Positions 19,132-29,433 of a stretch of 64,000 bases of DNA are shown piece by piece; positions within the stretch are counted from its first letter, which is position 1, and each line of letters opens with the position of its first letter. The notes beneath the pieces were generated by a model. That model did no database searches. It was not told the origin of the DNA and saw only the letters and a list, made by a program, of their open reading frames with translations. The stretch is from IMG/VR virus record IMGVR_UViG_3300032167_007427. One strand, given 5' to 3'. The translations under genes were made by a program, and so were the position numbers. This stretch comes from an uncultured virus (IMG/VR IMGVR_UViG_3300032167_007427). Its lineage: Duplodnaviria; Heunggongvirae; Uroviricota; Caudoviricetes.

Positions 19132-19152
19132 TAGTAAGTCCACCTTGTAACC

Positions 19153-19257
19153 AAAATCGCCAGACCGCACGACGGCAGAGCGAATGTTGGGTTTTTCCCA
19201 ATGTTCTCTTTGCCGTCGTTTTTTTGTTCTGACGATAACGGCGACTCTGGCGATTTT
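19153..19257 (+). promoter_or_regulatory. Structured leader with nested terminator
   Basis: Outer stem AAAATCGCCAGA/TCTGGCGATTTT encloses a hairpin plus T run. Confidence 0.7.
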
Positions 19258-19289
19258 CAAAAATCAATGAAAATCAAAGGAGCCAAAAA

Positions 19290-19829
19290 ATGACAAACGA
19301 AAGCAAAAAATATTATATCCCTCTCCCAAAGAACGAAAACGCCCCCACCGGGTACATTGAGTTTTTCCGTGACTATCAGTTCGTTGAGGTAAGCGAAGAA
19401 GTCTACCGTACATATTATCAGCCTATTTGGAGAACGTGGAAACACGCAAAACGCCACGGCACTTGCACAGGTGAAGATTGGAAACGTTGTCTCGGTGATT
19501 GCGTCGGTTGTAACCGTTGTCATCATCTCGACAATTGCATCTCGCTCGATGTCGTTGTTGACGATTTAGAAGAGACAACCCTGGGTGACACCGTCGCTGA
19601 TCCTTCTTACCTAATAGATGAAGTAATGGCACAGAACACCGCACTTGAGGAGCTTCTCAATGCTTTACAGGATATTGACCCTGACGGACGTAGGATCGGA
19701 GAGCTTTTGCTTGAGGGCAAATCAAGACTCGATATATCAAAGATATTTAACATCGGTACGTCCACCTTTTATAAACGTTTCGATAGGCTCAAAGACAAGC
19801 TACGCCAGTACCTCGAAAAAAATTCTTAA
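19290..19829 (+). CDS. Phage sigma-70/ECF-like factor
   Basis: ISLD linker, C-terminal region-4 HTH (DISKIFNIGTSTFYKR), Cys cluster. Confidence 0.75.
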   Translation: MTNESKKYYIPLPKNENAPTGYIEFFRDYQFVEVSEEVYRTYYQPIWRTWKHAKRHGTCTGEDWKRCLGDCVGCNRCHHLDNCISLDVVVDDLEETTLGDTVADPSYLIDEVMAQNTALEELLNALQDIDPDGRRIGELLLEGKSRLDISKIFNIGTSTFYKRFDRLKDKLRQYLEKNS

Positions 19830-19844
19830 AAATTTTTCGCATTT

Positions 19845-19882
19845 GGTGGAAAAACAGCATCGAAATGTCCAACCAGGGGGTG
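19845..19882 (+). promoter_or_regulatory. 38-bp motif, copy A
   Basis: GGTGGAAAAACA-N6-AAATGTCCAACCAGGGGGTG, repeated at 59412. Confidence 0.7.
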
Positions 19883-19928
19883 GAAGGCACAAAAAGCCGA
19901 CCAAATCCACCCCAAAGGAGGACACGCT

Positions 19929-20108
19929 ATGGACGGTCCCAACAGAACGAACACCATCGAGCGTGACGAAGAACTCATCGGTATTCTCTTCGCTATCTCG
20001 GTAGTGTCCAAGAGGCTGGCAAGAAGCCTTCAACGTCTTGCAGAATATGAAAAAGGAGGAAACACAACAGATGGGAAAGATGTCGGAACTCTCTCTGCTT
20101 CTCGATGA
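19929..20108 (+). CDS. 59-aa phage protein not in ORF track
   Basis: RBS AAAGGAGG; DEELIGILFAISVVSKRLAR. Confidence 0.7.
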   Translation: MDGPNRTNTIERDEELIGILFAISVVSKRLARSLQRLAEYEKGGNTTDGKDVGTLSASR

Positions 20109-20385
20109 ATATCGGGAAGTAAACCGCCGAGCCGCAGAACTTGCGGAGGAAATCTACAATACTCTGACCGGCAATGAAACGACTGTACATGGGAGTGTCG
20201 AGGAACATAAACCCCTTACACTTGAAGAGGTACGTGCCGTTCTTGCCAACAAATCCAAAGATGGATTCACCGAACAAATCCGTGAGCTTCTGAAAAAATA
20301 TGGTTCGGACAGGCTTTCGGGTATCGCCCCGGAGAACTATCAAGCTTTGCTTGAAGATGTGGAGGGACTAAAAAATGCCACCTAA
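20071..20385 (+). CDS. Phage hypothetical protein
   Basis: LTLEEVRAVLA...IRELLKKYG..RLSGI; RBS AGGAGG. Confidence 0.8.
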   Translation: MGKMSELSLLLDEYREVNRRAAELAEEIYNTLTGNETTVHGSVEEHKPLTLEEVRAVLANKSKDGFTEQIRELLKKYGSDRLSGIAPENYQALLEDVEGLKNAT

Positions 20386-21502
20386 AGGTCACGCTCTTCT
20401 TTCTGCCTCCTCCTCACATCGATGGCTCAACTGTCCGCCGTCGGCTCGTCTCTGCGAAAACTACGACGATAAAGGAAGTGATTTCGCAGCCGAAGGAACT
20501 GACGCACACACCTTGTGCGAGTTCCGTTTACAAGAAGCTCTCGGAATTCCCTCCGAGAACCCTATCGAGAACCTCACCTGGTACAACGAAGAAATGGAAG
20601 ATTGTGCTGTCAGCTATGCATCTTTCGTTTCCGAAATCGTGGAAAAGGCTCGTCGAACTTGTTCTGACCCGGTGGTACTTATCGAACAGCATCTCGATTA
20701 CAGCAAATTTGTGCGAGAGGGGTTCGGCACCGGTGACTGCATTGTAATCGCAGACGGTGAACTTCACATCATTGATTACAAACACGGTCGCGGTATTCTT
20801 GTAGAGGCAGACAATAACCCGCAGATGAAGTTATACGCCCTCGGTGCCTTGGAGATCTTCGACGGTATCTACGATATTGAAACCGTCAGTATGACAATCT
20901 TCCAACCCCGCCGTGGCAATGTCAGTACTTACTCCCTCTCAAAGGCTGACCTTTACGCTTGGGCTGAAGAAGTCCTTAAGCCCATCGCTGAACTCGCCTA
21001 TAAGGGAGAGGGACAGTACAACTGTGGAGAATGGTGTCAGTTCTGCAAGGCAAAGACCGATTGCAGAAAACGTGCTGAAGCCAATATGGAACTTGCAAAA
21101 TATGACTTTATGGACCCGCCCCTCCTTACCGATGAGGAGATTGAAGATGTCCTTTCAAAGGTCGACAACCTGGTATCCTGGGCAAACGATGTCAAGGAGT
21201 TTGCTTTCCAAGCTGCGATGAGTGGCAAGGAGTGGAAGGGTTGGAAACTCGTTGAAGGTCGCTCCGTCCGTAAATATGTAAACGACGATGCCGTTGCAAC
21301 AGCAGTTACGGAGGCAGGATACGACCCATACGAAAAGAAACTGCTCGGACTTACTGAAATGCAGAAACGTCTCGGCAAAGCCAAATTTGAGGAACTTCTC
21401 GGAAGCCTCATTCATCGCCCCCAGGGCAAACCTACGCTCGTGCCGGAGAGCGACAAACGCCCGGCAATCACTACTGCAAAAGCAGATTTTTATGAAGAAT
21501 AA
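20375..21502 (+). CDS. DUF2800 Cas4-like PD-(D/E)XK nuclease
   Basis: HALLSASSSHRWLNCPPS, GFGTGD, IIDYKHG, WCQFCKAK..C. Confidence 0.9.
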   Translation: MPPKGHALLSASSSHRWLNCPPSARLCENYDDKGSDFAAEGTDAHTLCEFRLQEALGIPSENPIENLTWYNEEMEDCAVSYASFVSEIVEKARRTCSDPVVLIEQHLDYSKFVREGFGTGDCIVIADGELHIIDYKHGRGILVEADNNPQMKLYALGALEIFDGIYDIETVSMTIFQPRRGNVSTYSLSKADLYAWAEEVLKPIAELAYKGEGQYNCGEWCQFCKAKTDCRKRAEANMELAKYDFMDPPLLTDEEIEDVLSKVDNLVSWANDVKEFAFQAAMSGKEWKGWKLVEGRSVRKYVNDDAVATAVTEAGYDPYEKKLLGLTEMQKRLGKAKFEELLGSLIHRPQGKPTLVPESDKRPAITTAKADFYEE

Positions 21503-21514
21503 GGAGAAAAAACT

Positions 21515-22087
21515 ATGTCTAACAATGTAAAAATTAAGAACCCCTGTAAGGTTATAACCGGAAAAGACACTCGCTGGTCTTACGCAAATGTATGGGAGCC
21601 TAAGGCAATCAACGGTGGCACTCCCAAGTATTCCGTTTCCCTCATCATCCCCAAGTCGGATACCGTAACGGTAGCAAAAATCAGAGCTGCCATCGAGGCT
21701 GCTTACAAGGAAGGCGAATCCAAGCTCAAAGGCAACGGAAGAAGCATTCCCCCTCTCACCGCCATTAAGAACCCTCTCCGTGACGGTGACACCGAAAGAC
21801 CCGATGACCCCGCATACGCTAATGCATACTTCGTCAATGCAAACTCTGCTACCGCCCCCGGTATTATCGATGCAGACCACAATGAAATCTTCGCTCATTC
21901 CGAAGTATACAGCGGTGTATACGGTAGAGCTTCCATCAACTTCTACGCCTTCAATTCTAACGGCAACAGAGGTATCGCTTGCGGTCTTAACAATCTTCAG
22001 AAGATTCGTGACGGTGAGCCTCTCGGTGGCAAGGCATCCGCAGCATCCGACTTCGCATCCGATGACGATGACGATTTTCTCGCTTAA
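21515..22087 (+). CDS. DUF2815 (gp2.5-like) ssDNA-binding protein
   Basis: RWSYANVWEP, PLRDGD, GIACGLNNLQK, acidic tail ending in F. Confidence 0.9.
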   Translation: MSNNVKIKNPCKVITGKDTRWSYANVWEPKAINGGTPKYSVSLIIPKSDTVTVAKIRAAIEAAYKEGESKLKGNGRSIPPLTAIKNPLRDGDTERPDDPAYANAYFVNANSATAPGIIDADHNEIFAHSEVYSGVYGRASINFYAFNSNGNRGIACGLNNLQKIRDGEPLGGKASAASDFASDDDDDFLA

Positions 22088-22105
22088 TGAAAGGAGCGTG
22101 ACATT

Positions 22106-22282
22106 ATGTTAAGTACAATTTTCACTTGCATTCTTATGTTCGTTTTCACCGCTCTTTGCGGAACTACTATGGCTTCAATGATTTTCACTATCATTGAGGA
22201 ACGTAAACAGTCCAAGCGCAACGAAGAACGTGAACTTCGAGATATCGAGTATCACGAAAAGCGTATGAGGGATTTTAAGTAA
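22106..22282 (+). CDS. 58-aa membrane-anchored protein not in ORF track
   Basis: RBS AAGGAG; hydrophobic N-terminus, charged C-terminus. Confidence 0.7.
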   Translation: MLSTIFTCILMFVFTALCGTTMASMIFTIIEERKQSKRNEERELRDIEYHEKRMRDFK

Positions 22283-22343
22283 TCAGCCACGGTGGTGGCG
22301 GGGACCACTCTGCCACCACTCCGTCAGAAAGGTAACCGAAGAT

Positions 22344-24284
22344 ATGAAAACAATAAGCATTGATATCGAGACCTTCAGTAGCGTTGACCTCGCCAAAAGC
22401 GGGGTCTATCGCTATACGGAATCACCGGACTTTGAGGTTATGCTCTTCGGCTATTCCGTTGACGGCGGTGCTGTATCCGTAGTCGACCTGGCGATGGGTG
22501 AAAAGATACCTCCCGATATACTGTCGGCTCTCGAAGATGAAAACATTATAAAATACGCTTTCAATGCAAACTTTGAGCGTATTTGTCTTTCCCGTATGCT
22601 CGGCTATGAAACGGGAATATACCTTGACCCCTCTTCTTGGCATTGCACGATGATATGGTCAGCTTATATGGGGTTACCGCTTTCCTTGCAGGGATGCGGA
22701 ACTGTTCTCAACCTCGACAAGCAAAAGCTGACCGAGGGCAAAGACCTTATAAAGTATTTCTGTGTACCGTGTCAGCCCACAAAGGCCAACGGTGGTCGTA
22801 CTCGTAATCGTCCCGCCGATGCTCCCGAAAAATGGGAACGCTTCAAAGTATATAACGCTCGTGACGTAGAAACCGAAATGGAGATACAGCAGAAGCTTTC
22901 GAAGTTTCCAGTACCGGAGTATCTTTGGGATGAATACCACATTGACCAGCAGATTAACGACACCGGGGTTTCCCTTGATATGACACTTGTACGTGAAGCT
23001 ATCGCTATGGACGGTGTGTCCGGTGACGAACTGTCCTCTGCTATAAAGTCTCTGACCTCACTTGACAACCCCAACTCTGTCTCGCAGATGAAGGACTGGC
23101 TTTCCGACAACGGACTTCAAACCGAAACCCTTGGTAAAAAGACGGTTGCAGAGCTTCTCAAAACAGCCCCTGAACACCTCCGTGAGGTTCTTATCCTTCG
23201 TCAGCAACTTGCTAAGTCCTCCGTTAAAAAGTATCAGGCGATGCAAAACGCCGTATGCTCGGACGGACGTGCAAGAGGGATGTTCCAATTCTACGGGGCC
23301 AATCGCACAGGAAGGTGGGCGGGACGTCTCATACAGATGCAGAACCTTCCGCAGAATCATTTGTCCGATCTTGAAGAAGCCCGTGGACTTGTCCGTTCCG
23401 GTAACTATGAAGCAGTGAAAATGCTTTATGAAGATGTCCCGGATACCCTTTCACAGCTCATACGTACAGCTTTCGTTGCGCCCAAGGATAAGAAATTCAT
23501 AGTAGCCGACTTCTCCGCTATCGAAGCCAGGGTGATTGCCTGGATTGCAGGAGAGGATTGGAGACAAAAGGTTTTTGCCCAAGGTAAGGATATTTACTGT
23601 GCTTCTGCTTCACAGATGTTCGGTGTTCCCGTGGAAAAACACGGTGTTAACGGTCATTTACGCCAGAAAGGAAAAATCGCAGAACTTGCTCTTGGTTACG
23701 GTGGTTCGGTCGGTGCCTTAAAGGCAATGGGTGCTCTCGAAATGGGACTTTCAGAAGATGAACTTCAACCCCTTGTTACCGCTTGGCGTGAAGCCAATCC
23801 CAACATCGTGGACTTTTGGTGGGAGGTCGATTCTGCAGTAAAGAAAGCTGTTCAGAATAAGACATCCACGGGAACACACGGTATCACCTTTACTTATAAA
23901 AGCGGAATGCTTTTTATTACTCTTCCTTCCGGCAGAAACCTCGCTTATGTAAAACCCAAAATCGGGACTAACAAGTTCGGCACTTCGTGTGTCACTTACG
24001 AGGGTGTCGGAGGAACAAAGAAGTGGGAGAGGCTTGAGTCCTACGGTCCCAAGTTTGTAGAGAACATTGTACAAGCCACCGCCCGTGATATTCTCTGCTA
24101 TGCGATGAAAACTCTGCGTAACACCTCAATGGTTATGCACATCCACGATGAAATCGTAATAGAAGCAGATCCGAGAATGTCTCTTGATGCCATCTGCGAA
24201 CAGATGGGTAGAACTCCTCCGTGGGCAGAGGGGCTACTTCTCCGTGCAGATGGATATGAAACCATATTTTACAGAAAGGACTGA
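22344..24284 (+). CDS. Phage family A DNA polymerase
   Basis: IDIET exonuclease, RTGRWAG, ADFSAIEAR, RQKGK..ELALGYG, HIHDE. Confidence 0.95.
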   Translation: MKTISIDIETFSSVDLAKSGVYRYTESPDFEVMLFGYSVDGGAVSVVDLAMGEKIPPDILSALEDENIIKYAFNANFERICLSRMLGYETGIYLDPSSWHCTMIWSAYMGLPLSLQGCGTVLNLDKQKLTEGKDLIKYFCVPCQPTKANGGRTRNRPADAPEKWERFKVYNARDVETEMEIQQKLSKFPVPEYLWDEYHIDQQINDTGVSLDMTLVREAIAMDGVSGDELSSAIKSLTSLDNPNSVSQMKDWLSDNGLQTETLGKKTVAELLKTAPEHLREVLILRQQLAKSSVKKYQAMQNAVCSDGRARGMFQFYGANRTGRWAGRLIQMQNLPQNHLSDLEEARGLVRSGNYEAVKMLYEDVPDTLSQLIRTAFVAPKDKKFIVADFSAIEARVIAWIAGEDWRQKVFAQGKDIYCASASQMFGVPVEKHGVNGHLRQKGKIAELALGYGGSVGALKAMGALEMGLSEDELQPLVTAWREANPNIVDFWWEVDSAVKKAVQNKTSTGTHGITFTYKSGMLFITLPSGRNLAYVKPKIGTNKFGTSCVTYEGVGGTKKWERLESYGPKFVENIVQATARDILCYAMKTLRNTSMVMHIHDEIVIEADPRMSLDAICEQMGRTPPWAEGLLLRADGYETIFYRKD

Positions 24285-24291
24285 TAGTCAC

Positions 24292-24756
24292 TTGAACATC
24301 AAAGTAAGCAAATACAACGCCGAGGGCTATTACAGCCCTACTGAATACGAAGGAATGACAAATGTTCTTCGTGAACAGGCAATTCAAGAACGAGAGAGAA
24401 AGAAAATACAGAATCGCTATAAAGAAGGTATGCCCCTCGTGTTTATCTGCTCTCCATATAGAGGCGACATAAAAGCTAATACGCATAATGCACGTAAATA
24501 CTGTCGTTTCGCATTTTCACAAGGTTATAACCCCTTCGCTCCTCATCTTTTTTATACTCGTTTCCTTGATGAAGATAATGAGTTTGAACGAGAAATGGGC
24601 ATCAAGATGGGCAAAGCCATACTTGCAAAATGCAAGGAAGTATGGTGGTTTGGAGATGAACCTACCGAAGGAATGAAATCCGAACTTGAAACAGCTAAAG
24701 CATTCAACAAGAATGTTAGACACTTCAACATAAATCTCGAGGAGGTCAAAGACTAA
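24292..24756 (+). CDS. DUF4406-like (nucleoside deoxyribosyltransferase-fold) protein
   Basis: VFICSPYRGD, PFAPHL, CKEVWWFG...GMKSE; TTG start. Confidence 0.75.
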   Translation: MNIKVSKYNAEGYYSPTEYEGMTNVLREQAIQERERKKIQNRYKEGMPLVFICSPYRGDIKANTHNARKYCRFAFSQGYNPFAPHLFYTRFLDEDNEFEREMGIKMGKAILAKCKEVWWFGDEPTEGMKSELETAKAFNKNVRHFNINLEEVKD

Positions 24757-27023
24757 TGTTTACAATATATCGCTCCGATTACATAGGCAACCCCGGCAAC
24801 TGTTCATATCCCCACAAACACGTCATTACCGATATGGAAAGCCTTAAAACGGCAGTATGCCACGATTATGTTTGTGCTGAATACCGCAACAACTATCGCA
24901 ATGGAGAAAACTTCATAGGAACTGATTGTTTGCCGGTCGATTGCGATAATGACCACTCCGAGAATCCTGACGATTGGGTTATGCCTGCAGATGTCTTTGA
25001 GGCTTTCCCCGGTGTTACATTTGCTGTTCACTACAGCCGTTCACATATGCGTGAGAAAAACGGCAAAGCTGCGAGGCCCAAATTTCACGTACTCTTTCCC
25101 ATATCTCATATGACTGATGCTACCGCATACAGCAATATGAAAAGGCTGGTCAACTCCGTTTTCCCGTACTTTGACACCAACGCTCTCGATGCTGCACGTT
25201 TCTTTTTCGGCACACAGAATCCCGAAATAGAACTTTATGAGGGTAATATCACTCTTACAGAATTTTTCGAAGACGATTTTGATGCCGATATGCCCGGAAC
25301 CGGTGTGCCATCAGTTATACCCGAAGGCAGCAGAAATGCAACAATGTCACGTTTTGCAGGAAGAGTCATCAAAAAATACGGTGATACAGAAGAAGCTTAC
25401 AACGCTTTTCTTGAAAGAGCCAATCTCTGCGATCCTCCTCTTGACGAAAAAGAACTCTCAACCATATGGCGTTCAGCACAGAAGTTTTATGTTCGTGTAA
25501 GCCAGCAGGATGGATATGTTGCCCCCGACACTTATAACTCCGATGTTTCATATAAACCAGGGGACTATTCAGACGTCGGTCAAGCCGAAGTGCTTGCAAA
25601 GCATTTTTGCAATGAGCTCCGCTACTCTCCCGCAACTCACTTTATCCGCTATAACGCAAACTACTGGCAGGAAAGTGAACCCGGCGCCCAGGCTGTTGCT
25701 CACGAACTTACACGCAGACAGCTCGAAGAGGCTTCGGCTAACCTTTTCTCTGCACTTCGTAAACTTGAAGGCAACGGTGGTCAGGATGTTCTGAAAAACA
25801 CTACCAAGGCAAAAGCTGAAGCACTTATGTCTCCCGTACAGCTTGAAGCATACCACGAGTTCCTTGAGGCACAGACCTATCACAAGTTCGTGCTCCACCG
25901 TCGTGATTCAAAGAATATAACCTCCACACTTCGTGAGTCCCGTCCTATGCTTGAAATTAGTCCACGCGACCTTGACAGTAACAGCTTTCTCCTGTGTACT
26001 CCGGCTGCGACATACGACCTTCGTAAAGGTCTTGACGGTGCACAGAACCATAATCCCGAAGACTTTATTACGAAGATTACAACCGTTTCACCGGGAGATA
26101 AAGGCAAACAAATATGGGACGACTGCCTTAACCTTATCTTCTGTAATGACAAAGAGCTCATCGAGTATGTACAGATGATTTGTGGTCTTGCCGCCATTGG
26201 TCAGGTATTCCTTGAAGCACTCATCATAGCATACGGAGGCGGTCGAAACGGCAAGTCAACCTTTTGGAACGTCATTGCCCGTGTCTTGGGTCTTTACAGC
26301 GGTAACATATCCGCCGACACATTAACCGTAGGTTGCCGTCGCAATGTGAAACCCGAAATGGCTGAAACAAAGGGCAAACGTCTCCTTATTGCAGCGGAGA
26401 TGCAGGAAGGTGCACGTCTTAATGACTCAACCGTAAAACAGCTCTGCTCCACCGATGACATATTTGCTGAAAAGAAATACAAGGACCCCTTCAGCTTTAC
26501 CCCTTGTCATACACTCGTCCTTTATACAAACCACCTCCCGAGAGTATCCGCCTCTGATGACGGTATATGGAGACGTCTCATCGTTATTCCGTTCAATGCC
26601 AAAATCGAAGGTAAGAGCGATATTAAGAACTATGGTGATTACCTTTATCACAATGCCGGAGAATCCATACTTGCGTGGATTATCGAAGGTGCTAAAAAGG
26701 TCATCGATGCCGATTACAAATTCAAACTCCCTGAATGCGTACAGAGGGCTATCGATGAGTACCGTATTCAGAATGACTGGTTTAACCATTTTCTTGAGGA
26801 CAAGTGTGATGTTGATCCCTCTTACCGTGAAAGTTCAAATGCCCTCTACCAAGCTTACCGCAATTACTGTATGGATACAAACGAGTATGTTCGTTCAACC
26901 ACGGATTTCTATTTTGCCCTTGAGAAAGCCGGATTTACGAAGCTTAACCTTAGTGGTCGTAAATTTATAAAAGGACTCAGACTTAAGGTTGATGACGGTG
27001 ATTTTGAGGACTTTTTGAGATGA
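24756..27023 (+). CDS. P4-family primase/SF3 helicase
   Basis: DCDND primase, EGSRN PriCT, GGGRNGKST. Confidence 0.93.
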   Translation: MFTIYRSDYIGNPGNCSYPHKHVITDMESLKTAVCHDYVCAEYRNNYRNGENFIGTDCLPVDCDNDHSENPDDWVMPADVFEAFPGVTFAVHYSRSHMREKNGKAARPKFHVLFPISHMTDATAYSNMKRLVNSVFPYFDTNALDAARFFFGTQNPEIELYEGNITLTEFFEDDFDADMPGTGVPSVIPEGSRNATMSRFAGRVIKKYGDTEEAYNAFLERANLCDPPLDEKELSTIWRSAQKFYVRVSQQDGYVAPDTYNSDVSYKPGDYSDVGQAEVLAKHFCNELRYSPATHFIRYNANYWQESEPGAQAVAHELTRRQLEEASANLFSALRKLEGNGGQDVLKNTTKAKAEALMSPVQLEAYHEFLEAQTYHKFVLHRRDSKNITSTLRESRPMLEISPRDLDSNSFLLCTPAATYDLRKGLDGAQNHNPEDFITKITTVSPGDKGKQIWDDCLNLIFCNDKELIEYVQMICGLAAIGQVFLEALIIAYGGGRNGKSTFWNVIARVLGLYSGNISADTLTVGCRRNVKPEMAETKGKRLLIAAEMQEGARLNDSTVKQLCSTDDIFAEKKYKDPFSFTPCHTLVLYTNHLPRVSASDDGIWRRLIVIPFNAKIEGKSDIKNYGDYLYHNAGESILAWIIEGAKKVIDADYKFKLPECVQRAIDEYRIQNDWFNHFLEDKCDVDPSYRESSNALYQAYRNYCMDTNEYVRSTTDFYFALEKAGFTKLNLSGRKFIKGLRLKVDDGDFEDFLR

Positions 27024-27033
27024 TAAACACCTC

Positions 27034-27134
27034 TATGTTGCGGTCGCTTATAGTCATATATAAAACTTTTCTTAAGAAGAAAAAAATCAATATAAGAAAA
27101 AGTTTAGTAAATGACTAATGGAGACCGCAACATA
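27034..27134. other. Candidate replication origin (AT-rich nested palindrome)
   Basis: Three nested inverted repeats immediately after the primase. Confidence 0.6.
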
Positions 27135-27165
27135 AACCGTAAGAACCCCTATGGAGTAAGGAAAA

Positions 27166-27447
27166 ATGAGAGAAAAGACTATAGAACAAAAACTTAAAAC
27201 GGATGCAAAAAAGCGAGGGGGCCTGGCACTCAAGTTCATAAGTCCAAGCTTTGATGGTATGCCGGACAGAATCGTACTTTTGCCCGGTGGGCATATCGGG
27301 TTTGTAGAGGTTAAAGCACCGGGCAAGGCACCTCGCCCTTTACAACGAGCCAGGCTTAAATTACTGATGAGACTTGGCTTCAAAGTATACGTCCTTGATG
27401 ATATTTCGCAGATTGGAGGAATCCTTGATGATATACAAGCCTCATAA
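27166..27447 (+). CDS. VRR-NUC nuclease
   Basis: GMPDRIVL...FVEVKAPG..PRPLQ. Confidence 0.92.
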   Translation: MREKTIEQKLKTDAKKRGGLALKFISPSFDGMPDRIVLLPGGHIGFVEVKAPGKAPRPLQRARLKLLMRLGFKVYVLDDISQIGGILDDIQAS

Positions 27448-28780
27448 CTACCAAACCTATGCTACCGATTTCATACTTGAACACCCCGAAGCTGCGGTGT
27501 TCCTTGATATGGGCCTCGGCAAAAGCGTTATAACATTAACAGCACTTCTTGAATTGTGCCTTGACCGCTTTGAAATATCAAAGGTTCTCGTCATAGCACC
27601 ACTGCGTGTCGCCCGGGACACATGGTCAACAGAGATACACAAGTGGGACCACCTCAAGCACTTTACATACTCGGTGGTAATCGGAAGTGTTTCAGAACGC
27701 AAAGCAGCACTTAAAAAGAAAGCACACATATACCTCATAAACCGTGAAAATGTTTCATGGCTCGTTGAGGAAAGCGGTTTCACCTTCGATTTCGATATGG
27801 TAGTCATTGATGAGCTTTCGTCCTTCAAGTCATATCAGGCAAAGAGATTCAGAAGTCTCCTAAAAGTCCGCCCAATGATAAAACGCATAGTTGGTCTTAC
27901 GGGTACTCCTTCAAGTAACGGACTTATGGACTTATGGGCAGAGTTTCGTGTGCTTGACCTTGGCAAACGTCTCGGTCGATTTATTACCCATTACCGCAAC
28001 ACATACTTTCAACCTGACAAAAAAAACGGTATGGTCATCTATTCGTACAAGCCTCTGCCCGGAGCTGAAGAAGCCATATATAGCAAAATATCCGATATGA
28101 CGATTTCTATGAAAGCGGTTGATCACCTGGATATGCCTGAATGTGTATTCAACGAGGTAAAGGTAAGCCTGACAGATGCAGAAAAATCGAAATATGACAC
28201 CTTGCGAGATGAGCTTATCCTCTCTATAGGAGAAAACGAAATCGATGCTTCAAATGCAGCCTCCCTCTCAAACAAACTATCGCAGATGGCAAACGGTGCC
28301 GTTTACGGAGAGGGCAAATACGTTCACAGCATACACGACCATAAACTTGATGCTCTTGAAGACCTTATAGAAGCATCAAACGGCAAACCTGTTCTTGTGG
28401 CATATTGGTTCAAACACGACCTTGACCGCATAAAGGCAAGGTTCAAAGTGCGAGAAATCAAGACATCCAATGACATCACCGATTGGAACAACGGCAAAAT
28501 CCCCATAGCTGTTATCCACCCAGCCTCCGCTGGACATGGACTCAATCTCCAAGCCGGAGGTTTTACCCTTATATGGTTCGGGTTAACGTGGAGTTTAGAG
28601 CTATATCAACAAACTAATGCCCGTTTATGGCGACAGGGGCAAAAATCGGCTACTGTCGTCATCCACCATATAGTAACCGAGGGCACCATTGACGAGCTTA
28701 TCCTTAAAGCCCTTAATAAAAAAGAAAAATCGCAAAATTCCCTTATTGATGCTGTAAGGGTTGTGCTGAAAGGAGCATAA
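27428..28780 (+). CDS. SNF2-related helicase
   Basis: DMGLGKS, DELS, LTGTP, GHGLNLQ, ARLWRQGQ. Confidence 0.93.
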   Translation: MIYKPHNYQTYATDFILEHPEAAVFLDMGLGKSVITLTALLELCLDRFEISKVLVIAPLRVARDTWSTEIHKWDHLKHFTYSVVIGSVSERKAALKKKAHIYLINRENVSWLVEESGFTFDFDMVVIDELSSFKSYQAKRFRSLLKVRPMIKRIVGLTGTPSSNGLMDLWAEFRVLDLGKRLGRFITHYRNTYFQPDKKNGMVIYSYKPLPGAEEAIYSKISDMTISMKAVDHLDMPECVFNEVKVSLTDAEKSKYDTLRDELILSIGENEIDASNAASLSNKLSQMANGAVYGEGKYVHSIHDHKLDALEDLIEASNGKPVLVAYWFKHDLDRIKARFKVREIKTSNDITDWNNGKIPIAVIHPASAGHGLNLQAGGFTLIWFGLTWSLELYQQTNARLWRQGQKSATVVIHHIVTEGTIDELILKALNKKEKSQNSLIDAVRVVLKGA

Positions 28781-28781
28781 A

Positions 28782-29018
28782 ATGACAGATATTAAGCCTT
28801 ATGAAAGACTTGCAAATGCCATCATTATTCAGGCATGCAAGGATTACAAAACAGCCTATAAACGCTATATACGAAATTCACGTCGCACGGATAAACCCGA
28901 TAAAGAGCTTGTAGAGCTTGAAGCATTTTTTCGCTCCGATTGGTATAAGGCTCTTACAACCGTAGACGGAGAGTACTTAATGGACAGAATTAAGAAGGAG
29001 GTAACCCATGAACGCTAA
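28782..29018 (+). CDS. Phage hypothetical protein
   Basis: LANAIIIQACKDY...FFRSDW. Confidence 0.75.
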   Translation: MTDIKPYERLANAIIIQACKDYKTAYKRYIRNSRRTDKPDKELVELEAFFRSDWYKALTTVDGEYLMDRIKKEVTHER

Positions 29019-29433
29019 AGAATATTTGAGCCAGGCATACAGGCTCGATCAACGCATTAATGCCAACCTTGAGGAAGTTGCCAGACTCCGCGAAATGGCA
29101 AGTTGTATTTCTTCCTCTTCTTGGGACGAAAAAGTAGCACGAACACGCCCCACAGACCCGCCCTATGTAAATTGTCTTTATAAAATCATCGACCTCGAAA
29201 AGCACATTGACGCCGAAGTTGACAAGCTCGTTGACCTCAAGGCACAGATACGTACCGTTATCGATGCGCTCCCAAACAAGGATGAGCAGACAGTTCTCCG
29301 TTACCGCTGTCTTCTCAATTACACCTTCGAAAAAATAGGCGACCTTATGTGCACCGATAAAAGCACCGCATGGTATTGGTACAATCGTGCGCTTGAGCAC
29401 ATAGTTCTTCCTGAAAATCCTATCAAAATATAA
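29008..29433 (+). CDS. RinA/ArpU-like (DUF1492) late activator
   Basis: AKEYLSQAYRLDQRI, VLRYR...FEKIG; last gene before packaging genes. Confidence 0.75.
   Translation: MNAKEYLSQAYRLDQRINANLEEVARLREMASCISSSSWDEKVARTRPTDPPYVNCLYKIIDLEKHIDAEVDKLVDLKAQIRTVIDALPNKDEQTVLRYRCLLNYTFEKIGDLMCTDKSTAWYWYNRALEHIVLPENPIKI

Noticed and set aside
20375..21502. Cas4-like protein as a CRISPR component
   Set aside because: Standard phage DUF2800 nuclease next to SSB and PolA
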